The position numbers were made by a program, and so were the translations under genes. This document shows, in pieces, positions 32,376-43,348 of a stretch of DNA of 61,829 bases. Numbering within the stretch: position 1 is the first letter of the stretch; every line of letters starts with the position of its first letter. Under the pieces are notes generated by a model. It was not told the DNA's origin. It saw only the letters and a list, made by a program, of their open reading frames with translations, and made no database searches. Source of the DNA: Deltaproteobacteria bacterium TL4 (GTDB lineage Bacteria; SAR324; NAC60-12); the NCBI GenBank assembly GCA_051382335.1, contig JBBCAX010000045.1, forward strand, positions 1-61,829, written 5' to 3'.

Positions 32376-34457
32376 ATGAAAACTATGACTGTCGGCAAAA
32401 AAATCATATTCGGTTTTTTGGCCATCATCCTTCTGGTCTCCATTTTAGGGATTTACACGGTGACCGCCATTCAATCACTCCGCGATTTAACCAACGAAAA
32501 CATCGTGGGTGCCAATCAACTGGAGCGTGTCGGACAAATTTTGAATTCATATTCCAGGCAGGCGGCGGGCATCCGCGGCTATTTGCTGACACAAAATGAT
32601 AAATTCAAAAAAGAGTATCAGGACAATGCGGATAACGCGAAACGTGTTTTCGCGGAAACACTCGCTATTCAGAGCAAAGAAGGGAATGGGGCGGATAGCA
32701 AACTCTCAATGATTCACCCCTTAATGGAACAATTCGCCTCCATGCCAGCACAGGCTTTTGCGATGAAGATATCTCCAGAAAACGACAAAGCCACGCATTT
32801 TATGGCGACTCAAATGGAACCGCTTCTGTTCAAAATTCTGGAAGACGCTACCCTGTTCGCGGAGCAGACCCGCAACGAAACCCTCGCTGTGGCCGTGGAG
32901 CAAACTCGAGACACGTATGTGCGGCAGGCAGCGGGAATCCGGGGTTATTTATTAAACAAAAGCGACGTGTTTTATAAAGAATACAAAACCTTCGCAACGC
33001 AAGCGCTGGAGCTAAGAACGAAGATTCTCTCGATCCTTAACAAGAAAGGTTCAGGTTCCGAAAATAAGGTATTAACTGAACTGCTGCAGTTGATGGAGCA
33101 ATTTGATCCGTTACCAGAAAAAGCGTTTGAGCTACGGCGCAGTCCCAAAAATGATTCATCGGTTCACTATATGTCTACTCAAATGGCCCCGCTCATGTTC
33201 AAAATCCAGGAAGGTTTGACGGCCTTCGCTGATGAAACCCGACAACAGATGGAAAAGCAAAATGAGGAACTATTCGCTACTTACTCAAAAATGTATGGGT
33301 TGAATATTGTGATTTTGCTGTTGGTGTTGGGTAGCGGCCTGGGGATTGGAATCTGGGTTGCCAGAGATGTGTCCCGTCTGTTGAAACGTGTGGTGAACGA
33401 TCTCGGAACATCCGCGGAAAATCTGGCAGCGGCGTCGGAAGAAATCTCGTCGAGTTCTCAGACGCTTTCCTCCGGAGCCAGTGAACAGGCGGCCAGCCTG
33501 GAAGAAACCTCAAGTTCGATGGAAGAAATTTCCATCCAGACCAAGGAAAATGTAGCCAGCGCGGTCTCAACCGCTGACCTGATGAAACAGGTGGTGGCAA
33601 TGGTGAAAGATACGGAAGATCACGCTCACAGCGCCGCTGACTTATCGCAGTCCGCCAAAAACGCCGCGGAAAACGGAGTCCAATCGATGGGCGCGATCGC
33701 AGGTGCCATGCGTGAAATCCGTGAAGGCAGTGAAAAAATCACAGACATTATTGAAGTGATCAATGAAATCACGCATCAGACCAAAATGTTGGCGACCAAC
33801 GCGGCTATTGAAGCGGCCCGGGCTGGAGATCAGGGAAAAGGTTTTGCGGTAGTGGCCGATGAAGTGTCGAAACTGGCGGAAAACTCGAAAAAGGCCGCCA
33901 AGGAAATCGCGGGGCTGATCCGTGAAAGTGTTCGCAAAGCGGAATCCGGTAATGACCTCGCAGTAAAAGGGGAATCCGCACTGCAGGAAATCCTGAAGCA
34001 GGCCCGTCAAGTCTCGGATTTGATCCAGACCATTTCCTCAGCGGCCACGGAACAAAGCCATCAGATGGTGCGGGGGATGCAGTCTGTGGAAAATATACGG
34101 ATGTCTTCTGAAGAACAGGCCAACGGGGTGGAACAGATCAACCGGGCCTTGATGGACATGGACAATGTGACCCAGGCCAATGCCGCCAACGCCGAGGAAA
34201 CCGCCAGTGCTTCTGAGGAACTGGCCTCCCAGGCGATGGGACTTCGTGATCTGGTGGAGGAGCTTTCCAGACATGTAGGAATCACGGGTCGGGACAACAC
34301 TTCCGAGTCACCAGTCAAGAAGCTACCCAAAGCACAACGCCAGCGAGGCTCAACGCCAACTTCGATGCCCACAACCACCAGCAATCAGAGCGACAATGCA
34401 CGAAGAATCAGCTCTCAGCATTCCATCGCCATGCGAGATGATTTCAAGGAATTCTGA
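32376..34457 (+). CDS. Methyl-accepting chemotaxis protein with duplicated periplasmic domain
   Basis: Two TMs; hairpin [26 protein letters not shown]. Confidence 0.95.
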   Translation: MKTMTVGKKIIFGFLAIILLVSILGIYTVTAIQSLRDLTNENIVGANQLERVGQILNSYSRQAAGIRGYLLTQNDKFKKEYQDNADNAKRVFAETLAIQSKEGNGADSKLSMIHPLMEQFASMPAQAFAMKISPENDKATHFMATQMEPLLFKILEDATLFAEQTRNETLAVAVEQTRDTYVRQAAGIRGYLLNKSDVFYKEYKTFATQALELRTKILSILNKKGSGSENKVLTELLQLMEQFDPLPEKAFELRRSPKNDSSVHYMSTQMAPLMFKIQEGLTAFADETRQQMEKQNEELFATYSKMYGLNIVILLLVLGSGLGIGIWVARDVSRLLKRVVNDLGTSAENLAAASEEISSSSQTLSSGASEQAASLEETSSSMEEISIQTKENVASAVSTADLMKQVVAMVKDTEDHAHSAADLSQSAKNAAENGVQSMGAIAGAMREIREGSEKITDIIEVINEITHQTKMLATNAAIEAARAGDQGKGFAVVADEVSKLAENSKKAAKEIAGLIRESVRKAESGNDLAVKGESALQEILKQARQVSDLIQTISSAATEQSHQMVRGMQSVENIRMSSEEQANGVEQINRALMDMDNVTQANAANAEETASASEELASQAMGLRDLVEELSRHVGITGRDNTSESPVKKLPKAQRQRGSTPTSMPTTTSNQSDNARRISSQHSIAMRDDFKEF

Positions 34458-34471
34458 GTTACGAAAGGCTT

Positions 34472-35287
34472 ATGACACGCTTTGACGACAGACTGAGTGC
34501 TTCGGAATTTGAATTGTACCAACGGTTGATTTATGACACCTGTGGCATTCATCTGAATGACACCAAACAACAATTGTTGGAATCACGGCTCCTTAAACGT
34601 CGACAAATGCATGGGATGTCCTTTCGTCAATATCGGGAATTTCTGTTTGCTGACAAGTCCGGGGTGGAAATGGCCGAAATGATTGATGCGGTGACTACCA
34701 ACAAAACTGATTTTTTCAGGGAGAACACCCATTTTGAGTTTTTACAAAAAGAAGTTTTTCCGAGTTTGAGCCGCCAATCCCAGGTACGGTTTTGGAGTTC
34801 TGCCTGTTCCAGTGGTGAGGAACCCTACACGCTGGCCATGACCTTGCTGGAAGCGTCCATTCCGTTTTTGACGTCCGATATCAAAATTCTGGCTACAGAC
34901 ATTTCCAACAAGGTTCTGGATATGGCTGAAGCCGGGATTTATACCGCGGATAAAATCAGTATGGTGCCACAATTCCTCCGCCGTAAATATTTTTTGCGGG
35001 GGACCGGCCCCTGGGAGAACAACTATCTGGTCAAGGACGAATTGCGTTCATTCATCCGTTTTCGCCGTATGAATCTGATGGAACCCTTTCCGCTGAAAGT
35101 GCTGTTTGATGTGATTTTTTGCCGGAATGTCATGATTTATTTTGACAGGCCAACCCAGGAACGGCTGATCCAAAAGCTGACCCGGCAGTTGCGTCCAGGC
35201 GGTTATTTGCTGATTGGGCATTCAGAAACCCTGACCAGCATTTCCTGTTCTCTGAACTATATCCAACCCTCTATTTACCAAAAATAA
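34472..35287 (+). CDS. cheR: CheR methyltransferase
   Basis: TTNKTDFFRE, SACSSGEEPY, IFCRNVMIYF. Confidence 0.95.
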   Translation: MTRFDDRLSASEFELYQRLIYDTCGIHLNDTKQQLLESRLLKRRQMHGMSFRQYREFLFADKSGVEMAEMIDAVTTNKTDFFRENTHFEFLQKEVFPSLSRQSQVRFWSSACSSGEEPYTLAMTLLEASIPFLTSDIKILATDISNKVLDMAEAGIYTADKISMVPQFLRRKYFLRGTGPWENNYLVKDELRSFIRFRRMNLMEPFPLKVLFDVIFCRNVMIYFDRPTQERLIQKLTRQLRPGGYLLIGHSETLTSISCSLNYIQPSIYQK

Positions 35288-35289
35288 AC

Positions 35290-36468
35290 ATGCCTGATGT
35301 TCCGGGGGCTCAGCCCTCACTTTATCTTTATCCCGGAGAAATACTGGTCAGTCAAAATCCTGTGGTGATCAACACCCTGCTGGGGTCTTGCGTGGCGGTT
35401 TGCTTATGGGATGAGCAGCGAAAGATCGGAGGCATGAATCACGTTGTTTATCCCAGATCGCTGGAGCCTTCAAAACTCACCACCCAATATGCCAATGTCG
35501 CTACCTTTGTTTTGTATGATGAACTGCTCAGAGCCGGTGCCCATAAAAAGGGGCTGACCGCCAGAATTTTTGGAGGAGCGAACCAGAGGCTTCCCGACGA
35601 TTCTCTGAAGGATGGAATTTCCGCAGGACCACAGAATGTTGAGATAACCCTCAAGGTTTTGCGTAAACTCAACATTCCCCTGATCGGCCAGGATACGGGC
35701 GGACAACGTGGGCGCAAAATTTTGTTTGATTTGCAAACTGGAAAAATATTGCTGGAATATCTACAGGGACATGAGATTTTTCTGCAGCAATTTAATTTGT
35801 TGAAGGGCGTCATCACAGCACAGACTGAAAACGAACCCAACTCTGCCTTGAATTCCGCAAACCTCCAACCCTCCTCTCCCTATCATCTGATCGCCATTGG
35901 CGCGTCTACTGGCGGTCCGGAAGCCATTCTGGAAGTGCTGAAACGTTTGCCGGATACGCTTCCGGGAATTGTCATCAGCCTGCACATGCCTGTCGGCTTC
36001 ACCAAAGACTATGCGGCACGGCTGAATCAAATGAGTGGTATGCAAGTCAGGGAAGCGGTCCATGGGACATGGATCGCCCCCGGAACAGCCTGGCTGGCTC
36101 CTGGAAACCGGCATCTAAGGGTTGTTCATTCCGAGGGCAAATACAAAATTGAACTGAGTGATGATCCCCCTGTCAGTCATCACCGTCCTTCGGTGGATGT
36201 GATGTTCCAGTCCATTGCCCAAGCGGCCCGTCAGCATGCCATCGGTATCATTTTGACAGGCATGGGTAATGATGGCACCAAGGGATTGCTCGCCATGAAG
36301 AAGGCCGGAGCCAAAACTATAGGTCAGAATGAAGCAACCTGTGTGGTCTATGGGATGCCCCGCGAAGCTGGTGCCTGCGGTGCTGTGGATCGTATGCTGC
36401 CTTTGGATCAGATTCCCTCCGCGCTTTTGTCCGCCCTGAATTTCGCTCCAGCCACGGACTCATCGTGA
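35290..36468 (+). CDS. CheD-CheB(methylesterase) fusion
   Basis: N-terminal TLLGSCVAVCLWD...GGMNH, DTGG (CheD); C-terminal IGASTGG, HRPSVDV, LTGMGNDG (CheB); no receiver domain. Confidence 0.9.
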   Translation: MPDVPGAQPSLYLYPGEILVSQNPVVINTLLGSCVAVCLWDEQRKIGGMNHVVYPRSLEPSKLTTQYANVATFVLYDELLRAGAHKKGLTARIFGGANQRLPDDSLKDGISAGPQNVEITLKVLRKLNIPLIGQDTGGQRGRKILFDLQTGKILLEYLQGHEIFLQQFNLLKGVITAQTENEPNSALNSANLQPSSPYHLIAIGASTGGPEAILEVLKRLPDTLPGIVISLHMPVGFTKDYAARLNQMSGMQVREAVHGTWIAPGTAWLAPGNRHLRVVHSEGKYKIELSDDPPVSHHRPSVDVMFQSIAQAARQHAIGIILTGMGNDGTKGLLAMKKAGAKTIGQNEATCVVYGMPREAGACGAVDRMLPLDQIPSALLSALNFAPATDSS

Positions 36469-36632
36469 TGGTGAATTGTCACATAAAGCCTATAAATGGA
36501 AATCTTCAATTTTTCCTGGACAGTTATAGGGCGCACGAGTAAAGCTGGCAGCTATCGTTCGAGTGTGATAAAAATATAGAAAAATCATACTTGGAAAGGC
36601 TTTGGGAGCAACGTAAACGAGGCAAACATACA

Positions 36633-37448
36633 ATGGTTCAAATTAAAAACAATTTTCACACACATACCCGCCTTTGTCGACATGCTGTAGGTGATGCGGT
36701 TGACTATGCTCGATATGCTTGGGAAAACGGAATTCATACCTTAGGGATCTCAGATCATACCCCCTTCCCTGATAATCGTTGGCTTGATATACGAATGTCG
36801 TTTGATCAACTGGATCTTTATGAACGTTCTATTGCTGACGCCAGAAATGAATTTCCTGAGATGAGCCTGTTGAAAGGGTTGGAGTGTGAATATGTGCCTG
36901 AATTTCATAGTTATTATCAGGATGAATTATTAGGAAAACGGAAATTTGATTATTTGATCGGCGCAGAGCATCACACCCCCTTCCAGGGACGGTGGCTCAA
37001 TTCCTTTTTTGAATTGGAGGATGCCCGTCATTTGAACGCCTATGCGAAGTATATGATTGCAATGATGGAAACGCGTCTTTTCGCTTTTATCGCCCATCCC
37101 GATATTTTTGGCATGAGCCACCTGCTTTGGGACGAGGATGCCATTGCGTGCAGCAGAGATATTTTACAAGCGGCAGAAGAAACGCAGACGCCGCTTGAGT
37201 TAAATGCCAATGGCTTTAGACAAATTCCCGTTGAATCCTCAACAGGTTTCAGAGCTCCTTATCCCTGGAAACCTTTCTGGGAATTGAGCTCAGAGTATTC
37301 CATCCAGGTGCTCTGCAACTCTGATGCGCACACCCCCAAACAGATGCTTGCCAATCTGTCAGAAGTTTATCAGTTGGTGCATGAATTCAAACTCAATGTG
37401 ATCAATGATGCCTTTGCGGTCAACAAAAGAGTCGGGAACTCAAATTGA
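36633..37448 (+). CDS. PHP-family histidinol-phosphatase-like protein
   Basis: NFHTHT, GISDH, AHPD, NSDAH. Confidence 0.9.
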   Translation: MVQIKNNFHTHTRLCRHAVGDAVDYARYAWENGIHTLGISDHTPFPDNRWLDIRMSFDQLDLYERSIADARNEFPEMSLLKGLECEYVPEFHSYYQDELLGKRKFDYLIGAEHHTPFQGRWLNSFFELEDARHLNAYAKYMIAMMETRLFAFIAHPDIFGMSHLLWDEDAIACSRDILQAAEETQTPLELNANGFRQIPVESSTGFRAPYPWKPFWELSSEYSIQVLCNSDAHTPKQMLANLSEVYQLVHEFKLNVINDAFAVNKRVGNSN

Positions 37449-37489
37449 AATCCGGTGATGTTTGGGAAAAAGAATTGAAACCCTTTGGT

Positions 37490-37600
37490 TGCCGTCATCT
37501 TCCGAATCGTTGATTCCGTGAGGGTGACGGTTTGAGGAGCGTTCCAATTTAGAGGAGTGAAGGTCAGGGTTTGCGGAAAGACTGTGACTTCCGACATCTT
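37490..37600 (-). pseudogene. Fragment of a surface-protein Ig/Calx-beta-like repeat
   Basis: SEVTVFPQTLTFTPLNWNAPQTVTLT motif without an intact gene. Confidence 0.5.
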
Positions 37601-38213
37601 GAAAACAAAGTGGCATAAGGGGTTAGGGGCGATCTGTTTATTTATATCCAAAAAAGTATCTTTTTAAGACAGATTATGAACTCAGCACATTTGTTCGGAA
37701 TTAAAGAGAGAGTTTAGTTTCAAAATGATCAATTTGGAATGAGCAACACGTTGGGTGACTATGTTTGTTTAATAATAAGCGAACCCCCTGTAATTTGGCC
37801 TTGCCTTTAAGTTTTTAATGCTGATAAAAGCTTATTATCACTTATCCATTATTCAAACATGACTTTGGGGGAAACATGTTTCGTATAACAGTTTCCTAAC
37901 TAAATACTCTGTTAGCTTTTATCTGGACATCCATTGCTTTGAATAATTAATTGCAACCTGTAATACTTTGTATAGAAAATTATCTTCTAACATAGAATAA
38001 TATCTAAGCACAGTAAATAATTTTGAATGTTCATGATTTTTGAATAATTATAATTTATCAATTATATTAGTAACTTAAATTTAAATTAAACATCATAGGA
38101 TAATACGGCATACTCTCCGCAGTAGGAAAACTATTAAATCATCAACAGGTTTTGTACCAATAACACATAAAGTGGTTATTGGCAGCAGCTACCAATAGTT
38201 CTCAAGGAGAGAT

Positions 38214-38906
38214 ATGACACTTGTTTCAACAGATAAAATTTATTTTTACAGCAATTTAATAATATTAGTAATCCTGCTCATGGGCGGATGCGCGGATCTC
38301 TCAGATCTGAATAAAGGCCAAAGCAAGGACGACAATTCTGTTAATGTTCAAAAGAACGATGCCTCCTCTGATGTTGAGGTGACAGAACAAAGCAAGGACA
38401 CTAATAGTTCAAGCACTGCAAATGAAGAGTCAAACGATGCTTCCTCTGATGTTGAGGTGACAGAACAAAGCAAGGACACTAATAGTTCAAGCACTGCAAA
38501 TGAAGAGTCAAACGATGCTTCCTCTGATGTTGGTGTGAATTTCGACCTCCCTGAAGAAATTTTGGGTCAATGGTCAACTCGATATTATTACCAGAGCATA
38601 GGGGATTATATTTTCGGAAAATGGCTCATTATTGATATTCAGTCCAACAAAACCGTACACACTTATAGCTATGCTCGCAGCAAAAAATGGCATTCTATTT
38701 TGCTGGAATATTTGCTTGATGAGGAATCCTGTGTTGGACAAGATGCTGTTATCAATGAGCAGTATGAGTTTGAAATCATTAATTGGAGATTCAAACTCAC
38801 ACCTTCAAATGGAAAACTACTGGTCCGATTGAATGATTTGGAAAACCAACAGGAATCTACAGAGGAATTTCAACGGGATGGAGTTCCTGCGGCTTGCGAA
38901 CAGTAA
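38214..38906 (+). CDS. Hypothetical lipoprotein with 26-aa tandem repeat
   Basis: AAGGAG RBS, lipobox MGG-C, 78-bp repeat at 38355-38532. Confidence 0.7.
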   Translation: MTLVSTDKIYFYSNLIILVILLMGGCADLSDLNKGQSKDDNSVNVQKNDASSDVEVTEQSKDTNSSSTANEESNDASSDVEVTEQSKDTNSSSTANEESNDASSDVGVNFDLPEEILGQWSTRYYYQSIGDYIFGKWLIIDIQSNKTVHTYSYARSKKWHSILLEYLLDEESCVGQDAVINEQYEFEIINWRFKLTPSNGKLLVRLNDLENQQESTEEFQRDGVPAACEQ

Positions 38907-39075
38907 TTTATGGCATCCTCTCTATATTTCCTGGTAGTAGCAAGGGCGTCTCGCCCTTGTTGGAGAGCGGGACGCTCTCCCTACCATTTGGGACGAAAAT
39001 TTTTGGAAGTTTACCAGTAAATTTGAAGAGGATACAATTTATGCTTCATTGTAAGCATTGGTTTGATCAGATACA

Positions 39076-39186
39076 AGGAGTGCCAAAGCTTGCTTTGGCG
39101 AGTTTGCTACTAAACAGGAGTGTCAAAGCTTGCTTTGGCGAGTTTGCTACTAAACAGGAGTGCCAAAGCTTGCTTTGGCGAGTTTG
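39076..39186. repeat. 40-bp tandem repeat (2.8 copies) of the family-A inner hairpin, upstream of cas6
   Basis: aggagtgccaaagcttgctttggcgagtttgctactaaac at 39076, 39116, 39156. Confidence 0.9.
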
Positions 39187-39280
39187 TTTTTATGGAGAGC
39201 TTTGATATATAAGCTTTGAGAAACTTGCTTTTCATTCTTATATCTCAGAACTATCTCTTTTCCACAATTTCAATAAAAAA

Positions 39281-40228
39281 ATGGAGCCAGTTATGGAATA
39301 CGCCCATTTTGACATCCATTGTGAATTTCCCCAACCAACTCGTCTGCCCCGTTTTAAGGGGTCCATGATCCGTGGAGCGATGGGACATGCGTTAAAAGAG
39401 ACTGTTTGTGCGGTTCGGGAAAAAATCTGTGATCGGTGTTTGTTACGGCAAACCTGTTTGTATGCACGGGTTTTTGAAGTCAAACCGGTCAATGGCCCCC
39501 CCATTGGTGTGGTGAATCTGCCCCATCCTTATGTTCTGGATTTCGAGGGCGACCACGCCACAAAAACCGAATTTGCTGAAGGCGAGGCTTTCCAGTTCCG
39601 GTTGTTGTTATTCGGAAGCCTGATTGATATGTTGCCCTATTTTGTCTACACCTTTGACAAAATGGGACAGTCCGGTTTGGGCAAAAATGCGAGAGGAAAT
39701 CGGCAACCTTATCGGCTGAAGGAAGTCCGTCACGACAATCAGGTACTCTATCATAGTGAAGAACCCACCTTGCCCCCGACGATTCCCAGAAAAAACCTGG
39801 AGTGGCACCAGCCCACTCCAGCTCAAGACCTTCTTCGGGTACAAGTCCATTTACTGACTCCTTTGCGTGTTAAAGATCAGAACCGGTTTGTGGAGCATCT
39901 GGAATTCATCATCCTGATCCGCACCATCTTGCGCCGACTCAAAGCGTTGTGGTCAGAATTTGACAAAGCGTGTCCGGAAATTCCTGAAAAACAACTGCTG
40001 CAACTGGCTGAAACCATTACCGTTGAATCCTCCACGCTCAGGTGGGAGGACCAAACCCGCTATTCTTCCCGACAGCAAACCATGCAGAAAATGGGAGGTT
40101 TGCAAGGAACCATCATCTTTACCGGGGAATTAACCCCCTTCCTCCCCTTACTCGCTATGGCTCAAGTGACCCATATCGGCAAAGAAACCAGCTTCGGACT
40201 GGGTAAAATACATTATGACGTGATGTGA
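39281..40228 (+). CDS. cas6: CRISPR pre-crRNA processing endoribonuclease Cas6
   Basis: GSMIRGAMG, Cys cluster, PHPY, C-terminal HIGKETSFGLG. Confidence 0.93.
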   Translation: MEPVMEYAHFDIHCEFPQPTRLPRFKGSMIRGAMGHALKETVCAVREKICDRCLLRQTCLYARVFEVKPVNGPPIGVVNLPHPYVLDFEGDHATKTEFAEGEAFQFRLLLFGSLIDMLPYFVYTFDKMGQSGLGKNARGNRQPYRLKEVRHDNQVLYHSEEPTLPPTIPRKNLEWHQPTPAQDLLRVQVHLLTPLRVKDQNRFVEHLEFIILIRTILRRLKALWSEFDKACPEIPEKQLLQLAETITVESSTLRWEDQTRYSSRQQTMQKMGGLQGTIIFTGELTPFLPLLAMAQVTHIGKETSFGLGKIHYDVM

Positions 40229-40242
40229 ATAATAGGAGTCTT

Positions 40243-42825
40243 ATGTCAAATCAACAACCAAGCTTAGAAGAACTAATACTGGCCTCAATATTTCACGATA
40301 TTGGCAAATTTGGGCAACGGGCAGGTGCTTTACGTTCAGAGGAATTATTGGAAACATTTTCCCCCAGCAAAGATGGAAAGCATTCTCATCTACATGTTCT
40401 GAATACCTACTTTTTTATCGACCAACTGCTTCCACTTCCTAAAAATCTGGACAGGGCAACCATTGCAAGCACTGCGGCAAATCATCACAAAGACGCTCAA
40501 GACTCACAATCACTGGCTGATTCTTGTTTGATAACCGCAGATCATCTTGCCTCAGGAGCCGACAGATATAAACCCACTGAGGCAGAACAAAATGAAGACC
40601 AATATTCTTACATCAGAGAACGGCTCATCAGCATTTTTGAAGAAATCGAATTAAACCAGCATACCTTTGAGAAAGGAAAAGCACAGCGGTATCCTCTCAC
40701 ACCCATTGGAAACGCAGATCCTAAGCCATTTAAAGTTTTATCACAGGAGGAATCCCGACAAGAATATTCCAAACTTTGGAACCAATTCATTCAGGCAATA
40801 AAACAGAATAGTGCGTTAAACACTGCAAGTGGGCAAAATTCAAATCGGAGAGTATTTGAACATTATCTTGGTGCGTTCAGAACAACTTTAGAACAATATC
40901 TCTGGTGTATTCCCTCTTCCAGTTATCAAAGTCTTCCTGACATTTCACTCTATGATCACGGAAACCTGACGGCCTCGATCACTCAAGCGTTGTACTTGTT
41001 TCATCAACAAGAAGGAGGGATCCCTGATAACTCCAAAAATGACGAAGAACAGCAAAAATTTATTTTATTTGGTGGAGATTTGTCAGGGATTCAGAATTAT
41101 ATCTTTGACATCAATAAATCCCATTCAGCAGGTGTCGCAAAACTGTTCCGTGCCCGTTCGTTTTATCTCCAAATGCTGACAAAGGCTTGTATCCTGGAAT
41201 TGCAGGAACAATTGGAATTGTATTCAGTTGCCCAAGTGATGGATGCAGGGGGTAAATTTATGCTGTTGCTCCCCAACACTAAAAAAACACGTGAAATTCT
41301 GTTAAATTTTGAAAAAGAACTCCAGCACTTTTTGTTTCAGCAATTCAAAGGAACATTAGCCATGAATACGTGTTCTATCCCTGTATCTTACAATGATTTA
41401 TTACTCGAAAATTTTTCTAACACACTGAATCGATTTTTTGATACGTTGGAAGCACAAAAACTCCAAAAATTTGAGCATTGTTTAGCAGAGTCTCAATTTA
41501 GCCCACTGTTTCAGATTAATTATAGTCGGGATTACGATGGTAATTGTTGTATTTGTCAAAAAAACAGTGCGTCTGAGAAAAAAAGTGAGGAATTTCATCG
41601 TCAACATCCTGGTGCCGAAGAACGAAAGATTTGTGAAGTCTGTTTTTATCAGATCATTAGCTTGGGTAGTGAGTTGGCTAAAAGTGAGGAGTATCCTTAT
41701 TTCAAACTCTATAAGTCCCCGAAGTCTGAGGACAGTGGTTCCTTTGCACATGATCTGATTTTTGGTTGGAGAGTCAAATTCTTAAAAGTCGTAAACTTTT
41801 CTGATTGGAAGGAAAGTGGGGTTATTTGCAATCGGGTGAATCATGAAAATTATGCTTTTCATCCGATTGCAGGGCACTTGCCATTGATTAGTGAATCAGA
41901 TCTGGAACATTGGCACTGGACAGGTTTTGAAAAAATGCTGTCGGCTCAGGGAGAAAAAGTGGAAATAGGAGAACCTAAAACATTTGAGATGATCGCGCAA
42001 AAATCTGTGTTGATTGATCAGGAAGGAAATCCTAAATCCAAATCGTTTCTCGGTGTCTTGAAAGCGGATGTTGACAATTTGGGCTTCATCTTCTCTATAG
42101 GTTTTCCTAACCAAAAACTTTCAATTTCCCGCTTTGCCACCCTCTCCCGTATGCTCAATTACTTTTTTTCGGTTCGCCTTATGGAGTATATCCGAGCGAA
42201 ATTTCCAGATATTTACGTGATTTTTGCTGGGGGTGATGATTTATTTCTGTTGGGACCTTGGGTGGCTTTGATCGAGTTTTCTCAGGACATTCAAACGTTT
42301 TTTCAGAAATTCACAGCCAATAATCCCGATATCACCTTTTCAGCGGGAATTAATGTGGTGAAACCTTCTCTGCCCATCAAAGACATGGCAAGGCAAACTG
42401 AAGAACTGTTGGAAAAGTCCAAACATTTTGAAGGGAAAGATGCGGTGACCCTGTTTGCGGATACTTCCAAACATCTTGACGGGAAAGATGCGGTGACTCT
42501 GTTTGCTGGTACCATGAAATGGAATGAATTTAGCCAAAAAATTGATGATGGAAAGTTCCTCAGTAAACTGATCCAGGAAGAATCCGTATCGACAGGTGTG
42601 ATCTACAGGATGCTTCAATACCACCATGACGCCATCGAATTCAAGAAAGGAAAGATCAAAAAAGGAATATATTTATCACATTTAAGCTACGACCTGGCCC
42701 GCAACATTAAAGGACCAGATAAATTTAAAAACGCAGAAGATTATCAACGTTTCATGCAATTTAAAGATCACCTGGCAAGTGCAAGAATCCCCTTGCACTA
42801 TGCCCTCTATCGTAATCGCAAATAA
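40243..42825 (+). CDS. cas10: Type III-A Cas10/Csm1 with HD nuclease and intact cyclase Palm
   Basis: FHDIGK, DISLYDH, GDLSGIQNYIF, KADVDNLG, FAGGDDLF. Confidence 0.97.
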   Translation: MSNQQPSLEELILASIFHDIGKFGQRAGALRSEELLETFSPSKDGKHSHLHVLNTYFFIDQLLPLPKNLDRATIASTAANHHKDAQDSQSLADSCLITADHLASGADRYKPTEAEQNEDQYSYIRERLISIFEEIELNQHTFEKGKAQRYPLTPIGNADPKPFKVLSQEESRQEYSKLWNQFIQAIKQNSALNTASGQNSNRRVFEHYLGAFRTTLEQYLWCIPSSSYQSLPDISLYDHGNLTASITQALYLFHQQEGGIPDNSKNDEEQQKFILFGGDLSGIQNYIFDINKSHSAGVAKLFRARSFYLQMLTKACILELQEQLELYSVAQVMDAGGKFMLLLPNTKKTREILLNFEKELQHFLFQQFKGTLAMNTCSIPVSYNDLLLENFSNTLNRFFDTLEAQKLQKFEHCLAESQFSPLFQINYSRDYDGNCCICQKNSASEKKSEEFHRQHPGAEERKICEVCFYQIISLGSELAKSEEYPYFKLYKSPKSEDSGSFAHDLIFGWRVKFLKVVNFSDWKESGVICNRVNHENYAFHPIAGHLPLISESDLEHWHWTGFEKMLSAQGEKVEIGEPKTFEMIAQKSVLIDQEGNPKSKSFLGVLKADVDNLGFIFSIGFPNQKLSISRFATLSRMLNYFFSVRLMEYIRAKFPDIYVIFAGGDDLFLLGPWVALIEFSQDIQTFFQKFTANNPDITFSAGINVVKPSLPIKDMARQTEELLEKSKHFEGKDAVTLFADTSKHLDGKDAVTLFAGTMKWNEFSQKIDDGKFLSKLIQEESVSTGVIYRMLQYHHDAIEFKKGKIKKGIYLSHLSYDLARNIKGPDKFKNAEDYQRFMQFKDHLASARIPLHYALYRNRK

Positions 42826-42836
42826 GGAGGGACCTT

Positions 42837-43289
42837 ATGGCACAACAATATCAAAGTCAGAGACCTATTCCATCGTCTCATAACCAACCACAAAGAGTCG
42901 TGAATTCTAACAACCCCATTCAATATTATACAGATGATAAAAAAGAAATTCTTAATGCCAGTTTATTGACTGATGAGGCACAAAATAATGCAAAACTTTT
43001 TGTTGAGAACAAATTAAAATCCGCGCAACTTCGACGATTTTTTAATACGTTTCGTGCTTTGGAACGCAAAGTGAGTAAAAAAGATTATGCCAATTTTGAG
43101 CAGGTTAAACCTCTCATAAAAATGCAAAAAGCTTATGCGGCTTATGCCAAACAAAAAATTCCGGAATCGTTTAGAATTTTTATTAATAGAAACGTTGATT
43201 CCATTGAAACAAAAGAGGATTTTAAAGCGTTTATGCTCTATTTTGAGTCAGTTGTAGGATATTGCTATGGTGAGGGCATGAAGGATTAA
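42837..43289 (+). CDS. csm2: Csm2 small subunit
   Basis: SAQLRRFF, FMLYFESVVGY; position after cas10. Confidence 0.93.
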   Translation: MAQQYQSQRPIPSSHNQPQRVVNSNNPIQYYTDDKKEILNASLLTDEAQNNAKLFVENKLKSAQLRRFFNTFRALERKVSKKDYANFEQVKPLIKMQKAYAAYAKQKIPESFRIFINRNVDSIETKEDFKAFMLYFESVVGYCYGEGMKD

Positions 43290-43348
43290 ACCCTAATTTA
43301 CCAAGCTGGTCTTATTCAAAATTATATCCAACAAATATAGGAGTATTT

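Noticed and set aside
38355..38532. 78-bp repeat
   Set aside because: In-frame low-complexity lipoprotein linker
39076..39186. Possible mini-CRISPR array upstream of cas6
   Set aside because: Units are near-identical along their whole 40 bp with no unique spacers; they derive from the MITE-A hairpin and do not match the array repeat
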